Source: an uncultured Gemmatimonadaceae bacterium
GTDB taxonomy: Bacteria; Gemmatimonadota; Gemmatimonadetes; Gemmatimonadales; Gemmatimonadaceae
Assembly: GCA_963716745.1 (NCBI GenBank)
Contig: OY970320.1
Location: 3,200,001 to 3,264,000 of the forward strand
Direction of reading: 5' to 3'
DNA length: 64,000 nucleotides
Shown: one piece after another, positions 50,178 to 59,796 of the stretch
How the letters are laid out: each line of letters begins with the position of its first letter
Numbering within the stretch: the first letter of the stretch is position 1
The notes under the pieces: generated by a model
Told to the model about the DNA's origin: nothing
Database searches by the model: none
Seen by the model: the letters and a program-made list of their open reading frames with translations, nothing else
Made by a program: the position numbers and the translations under genes

Positions 50178-50204
50178 AGACTCAGGGACCTCGAACAATA
50201 TTCC
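50178..50204 (-). promoter_or_regulatory. Candidate ECF autoregulatory promoter GGAATA-N17-GTCT
   Basis: Minus strand reads GGAATA ttgttcgaggtccctga GTCT upstream of the sigma gene. Confidence 0.75.
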
Positions 50205-50216
50205 CGGATCGATGCC

Positions 50217-50243
50217 GGAATATTCCGGGCGCGGCGGCGGTCT
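50217..50243 (+). promoter_or_regulatory. Candidate ECF promoter GGAATA-N17-GTCT for the cupredoxin gene
   Basis: GGAATA ttccgggcgcggcggcg GTCT. Confidence 0.75.
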
Positions 50244-50291
50244 GCTGGCGTGTTCCGATCCACACACCACTCCGCTGGAGGAATATCCCAG

Positions 50292-51382
50292 ATGATAAGG
50301 AAGATGCTGAGCAGTATCGCTACGCGCGCGCTGGCCGGGATGTTGCTCACGGCCACGCTGTCCGCGGCGAAGCCGCTCCCACCCCGTGAGCCCGCGCCGG
50401 TTCGCGCGACGCTGTCGGAATGGGCGGTGGAGCTGTCGCAGTCGACCGTCCCTGCCGGACCGGTCACCTTCACGATCACCAACAGCGGGACCATCCCGCA
50501 CGCCTTCGAAGTGGAAGGGCGCGGCATCGAGCGTGAGACCAAGCTCATCCAGCCCGGCCAGACTGACACTATGACGCTCGATCTCAAGGTTGGAATGTTC
50601 GAGGTCTACTGCCCGGTGGGCAAGGACTCGCATAAGAAGCTGGGAATGGACACGCATTTGAAGGTGGTGAATGCCACGGCCGGCGCGAGCCCGATGATGG
50701 CTCCGGGCGTGGGCGCCATCGCACCGGCGAAGAGCATGTCTTCGTTACGGGCGGAGGTCCCGTCATCCAGATCCTTCCCGGCCCGTTCCCGTTCCCCGAC
50801 AGCGCTGGACCTATCCTGCAATCGTTCGGAGAGGAGCATGAAGCGCTCGAGGGGCAGATCCAGAATGGACCGTATTCGAACAACGTTGCGCCGATCAGCG
50901 GCACGTTCACGTTCACCGCGTGGGATTTCGGGTCGGTAAAGGATTCGATCGACGCGGTGGCGGAGTTCACGACGCAGGACGGCGCCACGTGGAAGCTCGT
51001 GCTCGATCGTGTACAGACCAAGGATGTCCCGCATCATCCGAAATTCGGCGGCGTGATCCTCGGGCTGTACTACCACGGCAACACCGGCGTGCACACGCCG
51101 CTCGTGCCCACGATCAACAGCGCCGTGGCGGCGTGGGCGATCGGTCATCTCTACAAGAACGGCGTGCTCGTGACGGACAACGCCTACACGCACGTGATGT
51201 TGCTGTCGCATACGCGGAGCCCGAAGGATTTCGCCTTGGAGTGCTGGGACTGCTCCGCGAACAAGATCGACGAATTGCAGCTGCAGATCACTCCGGCGCC
51301 GGGCGAGCAGAAATTGCCGGCGCCGGGCGGATTCCTGTTCGTGAATTGGGAGAAGTCGAGCGGTCGGGTCGCGAAGGACTGA
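50292..51382 (+). CDS. Secreted cupredoxin-domain protein with unknown C-terminal domain (indel near 50740)
   Basis: GGAGG RBS; signal peptide; N.G.IPH and YCPVGKDSHKKLGM type-1 Cu ligands; continues into ORF 50957..51382. Confidence 0.75.
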
Positions 51383-51403
51383 GGCGGTGGTCCTGGCGCG
51401 AAT

Positions 51404-51430
51404 GGAATAGCTTTATCGGTCCCCGAGTGT
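51404..51430 (+). promoter_or_regulatory. Candidate third ECF promoter GGAATA-N17-GTGT
   Basis: GGAATA gctttatcggtccccga GTGT, 27 nt before ATG 51458. Confidence 0.55.
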
Positions 51431-51457
51431 TTAGGCTCCTCCGGCGGAGAGACGTGC

Positions 51458-51961
51458 ATGCGTAACCGAGTGATCGCCTCGATCGTGCCCGCCGCACTGG
51501 TTGTCGCTTGCTCCTACGGGCGGTACGTGCCTCCCAGGCCCGTGCCGCCCACGCAGACGATCCTCCACGCACCGTTTGCATCGGCGTGGACAGCGGCGAT
51601 CGCCTGGTTCGGGGAAACGCACTTCCCGATCCAGAAGGTCGATTCGGCGGCCGGCTCGCTGGCGACTCGCGCATACCAGCTCACCAACGCCGACAGCGCG
51701 CAGTGGGCCAATTGTGGCAAGGAGACGCCGGGAGGGTTCGGCAATCCGCCGCCGCCCAGACTCTTCGCCGCCGCGATCGTGAAGATCACGGACCTCGGCG
51801 ATTCCGTCGCGGTGCGAGCGAACGTCGAATTGACGATCGATTATCCGCCCGGCTATGCGCCGGAGGACAAGGGCTACACATCGCAGACCGTCGTGTGCTA
51901 CTCGACTGGGAAGTGGGAGGCGGGACTCGTGAAGGCCATGCAAGGCGCGCGAACGCAATGA
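51458..51961 (+). CDS. Hypothetical lipoprotein
   Basis: GGAGAG RBS, lipobox VVAC, C-terminal C.STG..E. Confidence 0.7.
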   Translation: MRNRVIASIVPAALVVACSYGRYVPPRPVPPTQTILHAPFASAWTAAIAWFGETHFPIQKVDSAAGSLATRAYQLTNADSAQWANCGKETPGGFGNPPPPRLFAAAIVKITDLGDSVAVRANVELTIDYPPGYAPEDKGYTSQTVVCYSTGKWEAGLVKAMQGARTQ

Positions 51962-51973
51962 TCGCGCGCTAGG

Positions 51974-52309
51974 TCACCGCTTCCGGCGAAGGTCGTCGGT
52001 CGCGCGCGAGAGCAGCACGAGATAATCGGTGACGGACATCGTCGCCCCTCGCTTCGGCAGCGCGAAGCGGGCGTCGTCCGGCTCGCCGCGTTGTCCGCGC
52101 GGCGCTTCGTCCACCATGAGATCGCCGCCACGAGATTCCACCGCGGTCTCGAAACGCTCGATCGCATCCTCGATCGCGGCCAGCTCGTCGGGCGTTTCGT
52201 GGCCGCGCAGCGATACACCGCGCGCGGCGATGCGAGCGGCCGTCTCTCGGGCCGCATCCTTGAGTTCCTTCCGCGTCTCCCGTTCCTCACCACCGGCATG
52301 AGCGTTCAT
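51974..52309 (-). CDS. Conserved hypothetical protein
   Basis: GGAGG RBS before ATG 52309; FETAVESRGGDLMVD..PDD..F.LP. Confidence 0.65.
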   Translation of the reverse strand: MNAHAGGEERETRKELKDAARETAARIAARGVSLRGHETPDELAAIEDAIERFETAVESRGGDLMVDEAPRGQRGEPDDARFALPKRGATMSVTDYLVLLSRATDDLRRKR

Positions 52310-52422
52310 CGGTTCCTCCAGTCGGTTGCGCTGCGCCACGCGCCTCTTCAAGCTTAGCGGCGGTTGTCGAAAGGCGCGAGCCGAGTACACGGATCGGTAC
52401 ACGCTTCGGAGGATCCGCGACC

Positions 52423-52935
52423 ATGAACGCGATCGCCCGTCTGTCCGTTCTCCTGATGCTCGCCGCCGCTCCAATGGCAGCGCAATCACTGCCCGCCGAC
52501 TCGCTCTTCGATCGGCTCATCGGCCACTGGGTGCTGCGCGGCACGATCTCGAAGCAGAGCACCACGCACGACGTCAGCTTCGAATGGATGCTTGGCCGCG
52601 AGTACGTCCGGATGCATGAGGTATCGCGCGAGCGCGCGCCGGACGGGAAGCCCGCTTACGAGGCGATCGTCCTGTTCGGCCGCGATCCACGGACGGGCGA
52701 GTACGCGTGTCTCTGGATGGACAACACCGCGACCAGCGCGTTCGACCCCGCGGGCACCGGCCGCGGCATGGTGGCGGGCGACTCGATCCCTTTCCTGTTC
52801 CGCTACACGGCGCTCACGAGCTTCCACACCACCTTCGTCTACAGCGCCGCGACGGATTCGTGGCAATGGCACATGGACAACGACAGCGCCGGCGTGCGCC
52901 GGCCGTTCGCGCGCGTGACGCTCACGCGAGAGTAG
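52423..52935 (+). CDS. Secreted hypothetical protein (DUF1579-like beta-barrel)
   Basis: GGAGG RBS, signal peptide, LIGHW, W.D pattern. Confidence 0.6.
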   Translation: MNAIARLSVLLMLAAAPMAAQSLPADSLFDRLIGHWVLRGTISKQSTTHDVSFEWMLGREYVRMHEVSRERAPDGKPAYEAIVLFGRDPRTGEYACLWMDNTATSAFDPAGTGRGMVAGDSIPFLFRYTALTSFHTTFVYSAATDSWQWHMDNDSAGVRRPFARVTLTRE

Positions 52936-53048
52936 TGGTGCGAGGGCATCGGCGGCTAGCGGTGAATCCGCTCTGGTGCCTCACTGCGCAGCGCCGTATT
53001 TTCGCGTCCAGCATGAGCGCTGTCGCCACGCCTCTTTCGCCCAGGATC

Positions 53049-54966
53049 ATGACACGTATCGCCAAGCTGTTCGCCGTCCCGGCATTCGTCGTGTTCGTCG
53101 CTGCCATGACGCGTTCGCACGCCGCGGAACCGGTCGCGCCCAACGACAATCGCCATGCGGCGGGCACGCTTTCCAACGGCGTGCTGACGCTGAACCTCGA
53201 AGCACGCACCGGCATGTGGTATCCCGAGGGGGAGCATGGCGCGGGGCTCGAGGTCGCTGCGTTCGCGGAGGCGGGAAAGCCGATGTCGGCGCCCGGCCCG
53301 ATGATCCGCGTTCCCGCCGGCACGGTGGTGCGGGGCACGGTGCACAATGCGCTCGACAAGCCGCTCCGGGTGTTCGGACTCGGCAAGTTGCGCGGCAATT
53401 CCGACAGCATGATCGTGCCCGTCAATGCGACCGCCGAGTTCACCTTCACCGCGTCCACACCCGGCACCTACTACTACACCGGCCTTCGCGGGTATGACTA
53501 CCTAGGCCTTCGTGCCAATGGCGACCAGCAATTGAACGGCGCGCTCATCGTAGATCCGCCCAATGCGCCGAGAGTCCCGAACGATCGCGTAATGGTCATC
53601 TCGTGGAACGGCGACGTCGACTCGGTCAGCAAGACCGGCATTGGCGTGTTCACGATGACGATCAACGGCTTGTCGTGGCCCCATACCGAGCGGCTCGATT
53701 ACACGCAGGGCGATTCCGTGCGTTGGCGCGTGATCAATCTCACCGAGTCCGATCACCCGATGCACCTGCACGGATTCTACTTCCGCGTCGACTCCAAGGG
53801 CGACGGAACGAAGGACACGCTGCTCTCCGCGGATCAGCAGCGCATGGCGGTCACCGAGGTGGTCAATCCGTTCCAGACGATGGCGATCTCCTGGAAGGCG
53901 GATCGCGCCGGGAATTGGATCTTCCACTGCCACTATGCGATGCACCTCTCGAACTACGTCGCGCTCGATTCGAAAGGCGGCACGATGGACATGCCGATGA
54001 ACATTGGCCACACATCGGACGCGCCGCATCGAGATGTTCGGACTCGTGATGGGCGTCCGCATCGCGCCGAAGGGCGAACAAGCCAAGGCGCCCGCCAATC
54101 CACGCACGATCCGCATTTTCGTACGCGAGAAGGCGAACGTCTACGGCTCGCAGCCGGGTTATTCCTTCGTCGTCGCCGGCACGATGGGCGAGCGGGACTC
54201 GACGTCAATGTCCATTCCCGGCGAGCCGCTCATTCTCGAGCGCGGCAAGCCCGTTGCGGTCACGATCGTGAATACCACCGATGATCACGCGACCATCCAC
54301 TGGCACGGCATCGAGCTGCAGAGCTACCCCGACGGCGTGCCGGGGTGGAGCGGTTCGGGCTCGCATATCATGCCGGCGATCGCGCCGCATGACTCGCTCA
54401 CCGTCGTCTTCACGCCTCCGCGCGCTGGCACGTTCATGTATCACTCGCATTTCAGCGAGGTGAAGCAGATCGGCGGCGGTGCGTACGGCCCGATCATCGT
54501 ACTCGAGCCGGGGCAGAAGTACGATCCGGCCACGGACAAGATCCTCTTCTTCGGCGCGGCCGGAGTCGGTACGAACCCGATCTACGGCCCCTTCCCGGCG
54601 ATCCTGATGAATGGCAAGGCGCAACCGTACGACATGGATCTCAAGGCCGGCACGCGCTATCGCTTCCGGTTGCTCAATCTCGCGGGTGACGTGGCGACGA
54701 TCGTCGCCCTCAACTCTGGCAAAGACCCGGTCACGTGGCGTGCGATCGCGAAGGACGGCTACACGCTGCCACCGGCGCAAGCGACCTCACGGCCGGCCAC
54801 GCTGATCTTCGATCCTGGCGAGATCTATGATTTCGAGTACACACCATCCGCGCCCGGTGAACTCGCGTTGACGTTCGGACCGCCGCCGAATCCGCCCGGT
54901 CCGCCGCCGCCGGGTCCGTTCACTCCGCCGGCGCCCACGATCACCGTGCCGGTGCACGTCAACTGA
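53049..54966 (+). CDS. Multicopper oxidase-family protein with four cupredoxin domains (indel near 54030)
   Basis: HPMHLHG and WIFHCHYAMH in domain 2; IHWHG and MYHSH in domain 3. Confidence 0.88.
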
Positions 54967-54975
54967 CAGAGCAGA

Positions 54976-55132
54976 GCGCGTGTAGGCCTTAGTACCGCTG
55001 AAGTGGCGCGTTTGGCAACTGAGCGTATAGTACTCCTCGGCGTGAGTAGCCGCGGAAACCACTCGCGCCTTGGCGTACTATACGCTCGGTTGCCAGACGC
55101 GCTCCTCAAGCGGTACTAGTAACTACAGGCGC
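54976..55132. repeat. Long palindromic element, copy A
   Basis: Arms TAGTACCGCTGAAGTGGCGCGTTTGGCAACTGAGCGTATAGTAC / GTACTATACGCTCGGTTGCCAGACGCGC...AGCGGTACTA. Confidence 0.9.
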
Positions 55133-55158
55133 ATGTGGGTTTGAGTGAGGGCGAAGCG

Positions 55159-56254
55159 ATGAGATTATTGCTCCTGGAGATCCGCCACAACAAGCTGCTC
55201 TGGCTGCTTGTGTTCGTGCCGGTGCTCTTCGTGTACGAGCACTTCCGGCCCGAGGCGCACACCGCGCTCTTCGCGATATCGGTGGTCGCCATCGTGCCGC
55301 TCGCTGCATTGCTGAGTCACGCCACCGAATCGGTGGGCGCGAAGACGGGCGATGCGATCGGCGGACTGCTCAACGCCACGCTCGGGAATCTCACCGAACT
55401 CATCATCGCACTCACCGCGCTGAGCGCGGGGCAGTACATGCTCGTGAAGGCGAGCCTGGCCGGCGCCATCGTAACCAACTCGCTCTTCATGCTGGGTGCG
55501 TCGTTCCTGCTTGGCGGGCTCAAGTATCACGTGCAGGAGTTCAACGGCGCGTCCGCGCGCTTCCAGGCCGGACTCCTCTTCACCGCAACGGTCGCCCTGC
55601 TCGTGCCGAGTGCGGTGGGCGAAGTGGATGGCGACTCAGCCGCGGCCTTCACCCACACGTTGAGCATTGCGCTCTCGGTTCTGCTCATCGCCGGCTACGC
55701 GCTCGGCATGTACTTCTCGCTCGTGACGCATCGCGGGACCTTCGCCGGCAAAGCGCACGATGAGGATGGCGAGATCCCGTGGCCGATGGCCGTCGCGCTC
55801 ACTACGCTGGCCGCGGTCACCGTGCTCGTGGCGCTCGTGAGCGAGATCTTCGTGGAGTCTGTGACAGCAAGCGTCGTCGGCACTGGGCATGTCGCCGGCG
55901 TTCGTCGGATTCATCGTCGTGGCGCTCGTTGGCGGCGCCGCGGAGGGGGCGGCCGCGTTCTCGGGCGCGCGCAAGGACCGGCTCGACCTGAGCGTGGGCA
56001 TCGCAATGGGCAGCGCGTCGCAGATCGCGCTCTTCGTCGCGCCCGTGCTCGTGCTCGTGAGCTATGCGATTGGGCCGACGCCCATGGATCTGCTCTTCTG
56101 GCCGGGCGCCGTGCTCATGATGATGATCGGCACGCTCACCGCATCGCTCGCCACGAGCAGCGGCAAGTCGGCGTGGTTCGTCGGCGTGCTGATGCTCATG
56201 GTGTATTCGATCTTCGCCGTCACATTGTTCCTGCTGCCTCCCCGGCCCCTATAG
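55159..56254 (+). CDS. cax: Calcium/proton exchanger (CAX/ChaA) (indel near 55875)
   Basis: GGLLNATLGNLTELI, GGAAEG, GSASQIALFVAP. Confidence 0.9.
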
Positions 56255-56264
56255 GAGTGGACCG

Positions 56265-56933
56265 ATGACCGAAGCCGCCGCGAAGAAGCCGTCCTGGCGC
56301 GCGCTCGATCCGATCGACCGCATCTCCGAAGCGCTCTTCGGATTGATCATGGTGCTCACGTTCACCGGATCGCTGAGCGCGGCGGAAGCGGGGCACTCCG
56401 AGATCCGCACCATGCTCATCGGCTCGCTCGGCTGCAATCTCGCGTGGGGACTGATCGACGCGATCTTCTATCTGATGGCGCGACTGAGCGAGCGCGCGAA
56501 GGGCATCGGCACGCTGCTCGCCGTGCACGCCGCAACGGACGCCGACGCTGCACGGCGCGCGATCGCCGATTCGCTCTCCCCCATGCTTGCCTCGCTCATG
56601 CCGCCCATGGCGCTCGACGCCGTGCGCCAGCGGATCAAGGAGATGCCCGATCCGGCCGCGCATCCACGGCTGGGGAAAGCGGATTGGCTGGCGGCATTCT
56701 CGTCGTTCCTCTGGGTGTTCTTGAGCACCTTCCCGGTCGTGATCCCGTTCATCGTGATGAAGGAGGACGCAATGCGCGCGCTGCGCATCTCGAATGGGAT
56801 CGCGATCGCGTTGCTGTTCCTGTGCGGTTTCTTCTTCGGACGCGAGTCCCGGATGAATCCGTGGGTGGCGGGCCTCGCAATGGTACTGGTCGGCGTTCTC
56901 TTGGTAGGCATCACGATCGCGCTGGGGGGATGA
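56265..56933 (+). CDS. VIT1/CCC1-like membrane protein
   Basis: LDPIDRISEALFGLIMVLTFT, GCNLAWG..D, FP.VIPF, C-terminal IALGG. Confidence 0.7.
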   Translation: MTEAAAKKPSWRALDPIDRISEALFGLIMVLTFTGSLSAAEAGHSEIRTMLIGSLGCNLAWGLIDAIFYLMARLSERAKGIGTLLAVHAATDADAARRAIADSLSPMLASLMPPMALDAVRQRIKEMPDPAAHPRLGKADWLAAFSSFLWVFLSTFPVVIPFIVMKEDAMRALRISNGIAIALLFLCGFFFGRESRMNPWVAGLAMVLVGVLLVGITIALGG

Positions 56934-56944
56934 CTCGCTACTAA

Positions 56945-57124
56945 CGGCGCGTGTGGGCTTTAGTACCGCTGAAACGGCGCGTCTAGCAACTGAGCGTATA
57001 GTACGACTCGGCGTGAGTGGAACGAGCCGCGCGCCCTGCACGTAGTTCCTACGTACGCACAGCGGTACCATACGCTCAGTTGCCAGACGCGCCGTTTCAG
57101 TGGTACTAAGACTCACACGCGCCG
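56945..57124. repeat. Long palindromic element, copy B
   Basis: Same ~55-60 bp arms as copies A and C; longer central loop. Confidence 0.9.
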
Positions 57125-57138
57125 AGCAGGAGGTCCCA

Positions 57139-59622
57139 ATGAACGCGATACTGGACGAGATCAAGTTCGGCTTCCGCACGCTCCGGAAAAGCCCGGGCTT
57201 CGCGGTCACCGCGCTCATTACCCTCGCGCTGGGCATCGGCGCGAGCACCGCGATCTTCAGCGTCGTGAACGCGGTGCTGCTGCGGCCGCTCCCGTATCCC
57301 GATCCCGACCGGCTGGTGTTCGTCACCAGCGACATGCGGAATCGCAATGTGCGCGATTTCAACATGGCGCCGGGCGATCTGAAGGACCTTCGCGATCAGA
57401 CCACGACGTTCACCGGCATCGCCGGCGTCATCACATTCCCAAGTCCGCTCTCGGGCGACAATATCGCGCCGGAGCAAGTGACGGCCGGCTTCGCGACACA
57501 GAATCTCATTTCTGTGCTCGGCTCGCGCATCGCGCTGGGCCGCGACTTCAACGATGCCGACGCGGCGCCGACCCCGCCGCCGGCCTCGCCGCTGGCCGCG
57601 AACGCGGCCCCGCCGCCGGTGGATGTCGCCGTGCTGCTCTCCAACGGCTTCTGGAAACGTCGTTACGGCGGCGATCCGTCGGTGATCGGCCGCACCTTCG
57701 ACCTGGGCGGCGGTAATCATGCCCATGTCGTGGGCGTGCTCGCGCCCGACTTCGAGTTGCTCTTTCCGCCGCGCCTCAACGTCGCACGCAAACCGGACGT
57801 GATCTTCGCGGCACGCATCGACTGGGCGACGGCATCGCGCATCAATGTCATCTTCTATTGCGTGGGGCGGCTCAAGCCAGGTGCTACGATCGGTGCCGCG
57901 CGCGCGGAGGTGAACGCCGTCGCGACGGACCTGCGCAAGCGTTTCCCCATCGACAGTTCGGCCGGCGTCTATTTCCGCACGGAACCGTTGCGCGCCAATC
58001 TCATCGCGGATGTGCGACCCGCCTTGCTCGCGTTGCTTGGTGGCGTGGTGTTCGTGCTCCTTATCGCGTGCGCGAACGTCGCGAACCTCGTCCTGGTGCG
58101 CACGTCACGGCGCGAACGAGAGCTTGCGGTGCGCGCGGCGTTCGGCGGCAGCCGAGCCCGGTTGGTGCGCCAAATGCTGGTGGAGTCGCTCGTACTCGCA
58201 GCCGGCGGCGTCGCGCTCGGACTCGCGGTCGCGAAGATCGGCATCGCAATGCTGGTCGCGATCGGGCCGCAGGACCTGCCGCAGATCGGCGCCGTAGAGC
58301 TCGACACGCGAGTGCTCGCGTTCTCCGTGCTCGCCGCGTTGATCGCGGCAGCGCTCTTCGGCATCGTACCGGCGCTCCGTGCGTCGCGTCCGAATGTGAT
58401 CGGCGTGCTGCGCTCCGCTGGTCGCAGTGCAGAGCTCGGGGCGGGGAAAGTGCTGCGCAACACTGTTGTGGTCGCCGAGGTGACGCTCGCGTTCGTGCTG
58501 TTGATCGGCGGCGGGCTGATGTTCCGGAGTTTCCTCGCGATCGCCGGCGCCGATCCCGGTTTCGATCCGCGCGGCGTGCTGACGTTCGTCGTGCAGAATG
58601 GCAATGCGACCACCCAGGACGCGCGCGCGGCATTCCAGCGCGCATTGCACGATCGCCTCGCGCAGATCCCGGGTGCGACGGGAGTCACCGCCGGGGCGCC
58701 ACTCCCGCTCGATGGCACGACGCAGACCGCCCGCTGGGGAACGGCCACTGCCGTCACCGACCCGTCGACGTTCCATCAGGGCAATGTGCACGTGGTGATC
58801 CCGGGATACTTCGGCGTCATGCGAACGCCGATCCTCGCCGGCCGCGACTTCACGGACGCTGACAATACTCCGAAATCGCAATCCGTGATCATCGATGACC
58901 TGCTCGCGGCGAAAGCCTTCCCGGGAGAGGTCGCGGTGGGAAAGCGTTTGCTCATTCGCGCGCGTTCCGATACCGCCGAATGGGTGGACGTGATCGGTGT
59001 GGTGCGGCACGAGTGGCATGACGGACTCGCCTCGCCGGGACGCGAAGCGTTCTTCATGACGGACGGCGAGTTCGGATTCGGCACCGCTGCCCGGTGGGCG
59101 GTGCGCACCGGCGGCGACCCCGTGCGGCTCGCGCCTCAGGTGCGCGCGGCCGTGGCGGCGCTGGATCCGACCGTGCCCGTGGCCCAGATCGTTCCGATGG
59201 AGGAGTACGTCGCGCGAGCCGGCGCCTCGACGCGCTTCGCACTCGTGCTCATCGGTGCGTTCGCGGGGATCGCGGTGGTGCTGAGTGGCGTCGGGCTGTA
59301 CGGCGTGATCTCGACCGCGGTGCGTCAGCGCACGGCGGAGATCGGCGTGCGCATGGCACTCGGCGCGTCGGCACGCGGCGTGTTCGGTCTCGTGATCGGG
59401 CAGGGGATCCGCTTGAGTCTCGCCGGGATCGGCGCGGGTCTCGTCGCGTCACTCCTGCTCACGCGCGTGATGCGGAGCATGCTCGTGGGCGTCGCGCCCA
59501 CGGATCCCATCACGTTCGCGGCCGTCGCGATCCTCTTCTTCTCGATCGCGACGCTCGCGTGTTACTTGCCGGCGCGCCGGGCGGCGCGGCTCGATCCATC
59601 GAATGCTTTGCGCGATGAATGA
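57139..59622 (+). CDS. Duplicated orphan ABC permease (ADOP / MacB-FtsX type)
   Basis: RKSPGF..TLALGIGA.TAIFSVV, LLIACANVANL, EIGVRMALGA, PARRAAR.DP..ALR.E. Confidence 0.93.
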   Translation: MNAILDEIKFGFRTLRKSPGFAVTALITLALGIGASTAIFSVVNAVLLRPLPYPDPDRLVFVTSDMRNRNVRDFNMAPGDLKDLRDQTTTFTGIAGVITFPSPLSGDNIAPEQVTAGFATQNLISVLGSRIALGRDFNDADAAPTPPPASPLAANAAPPPVDVAVLLSNGFWKRRYGGDPSVIGRTFDLGGGNHAHVVGVLAPDFELLFPPRLNVARKPDVIFAARIDWATASRINVIFYCVGRLKPGATIGAARAEVNAVATDLRKRFPIDSSAGVYFRTEPLRANLIADVRPALLALLGGVVFVLLIACANVANLVLVRTSRRERELAVRAAFGGSRARLVRQMLVESLVLAAGGVALGLAVAKIGIAMLVAIGPQDLPQIGAVELDTRVLAFSVLAALIAAALFGIVPALRASRPNVIGVLRSAGRSAELGAGKVLRNTVVVAEVTLAFVLLIGGGLMFRSFLAIAGADPGFDPRGVLTFVVQNGNATTQDARAAFQRALHDRLAQIPGATGVTAGAPLPLDGTTQTARWGTATAVTDPSTFHQGNVHVVIPGYFGVMRTPILAGRDFTDADNTPKSQSVIIDDLLAAKAFPGEVAVGKRLLIRARSDTAEWVDVIGVVRHEWHDGLASPGREAFFMTDGEFGFGTAARWAVRTGGDPVRLAPQVRAAVAALDPTVPVAQIVPMEEYVARAGASTRFALVLIGAFAGIAVVLSGVGLYGVISTAVRQRTAEIGVRMALGASARGVFGLVIGQGIRLSLAGIGAGLVASLLLTRVMRSMLVGVAPTDPITFAAVAILFFSIATLACYLPARRAARLDPSNALRDE

Positions 59623-59796
59623 CTGCGGACGGCGCGTCTAGGTCTTAGTACCGCTGTAAGTGCGCGTCTAGCAACTGAGCGTATGGTACTACTCGGCGCG
59701 AGTGGGAACGGCCCCACTTACGCCATGCAGTACCATACGCTCAGTTGCTAAACGCGCCGTTTCAGCGGTACTAAGGCCTACGACCGCCGTTCGTAG
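59623..59796. repeat. Long palindromic element, copy C; exactly fills the gap between two convergent stop codons
   Basis: TAGTACCGCTGTAAGTGCGCGTCTAGCAACTGAGCGTATGGTAC ... GTACCATACGCTCAGTTGCTAAACGCGCCGTTTCAGCGGTACTA. Confidence 0.9.

Noticed and set aside
54976..59796. CRISPR array or canonical integron
   Set aside because: Repeats are 157-180 bp with kb-scale spacing; no cas or intI gene; attC core motifs are not convincingly present
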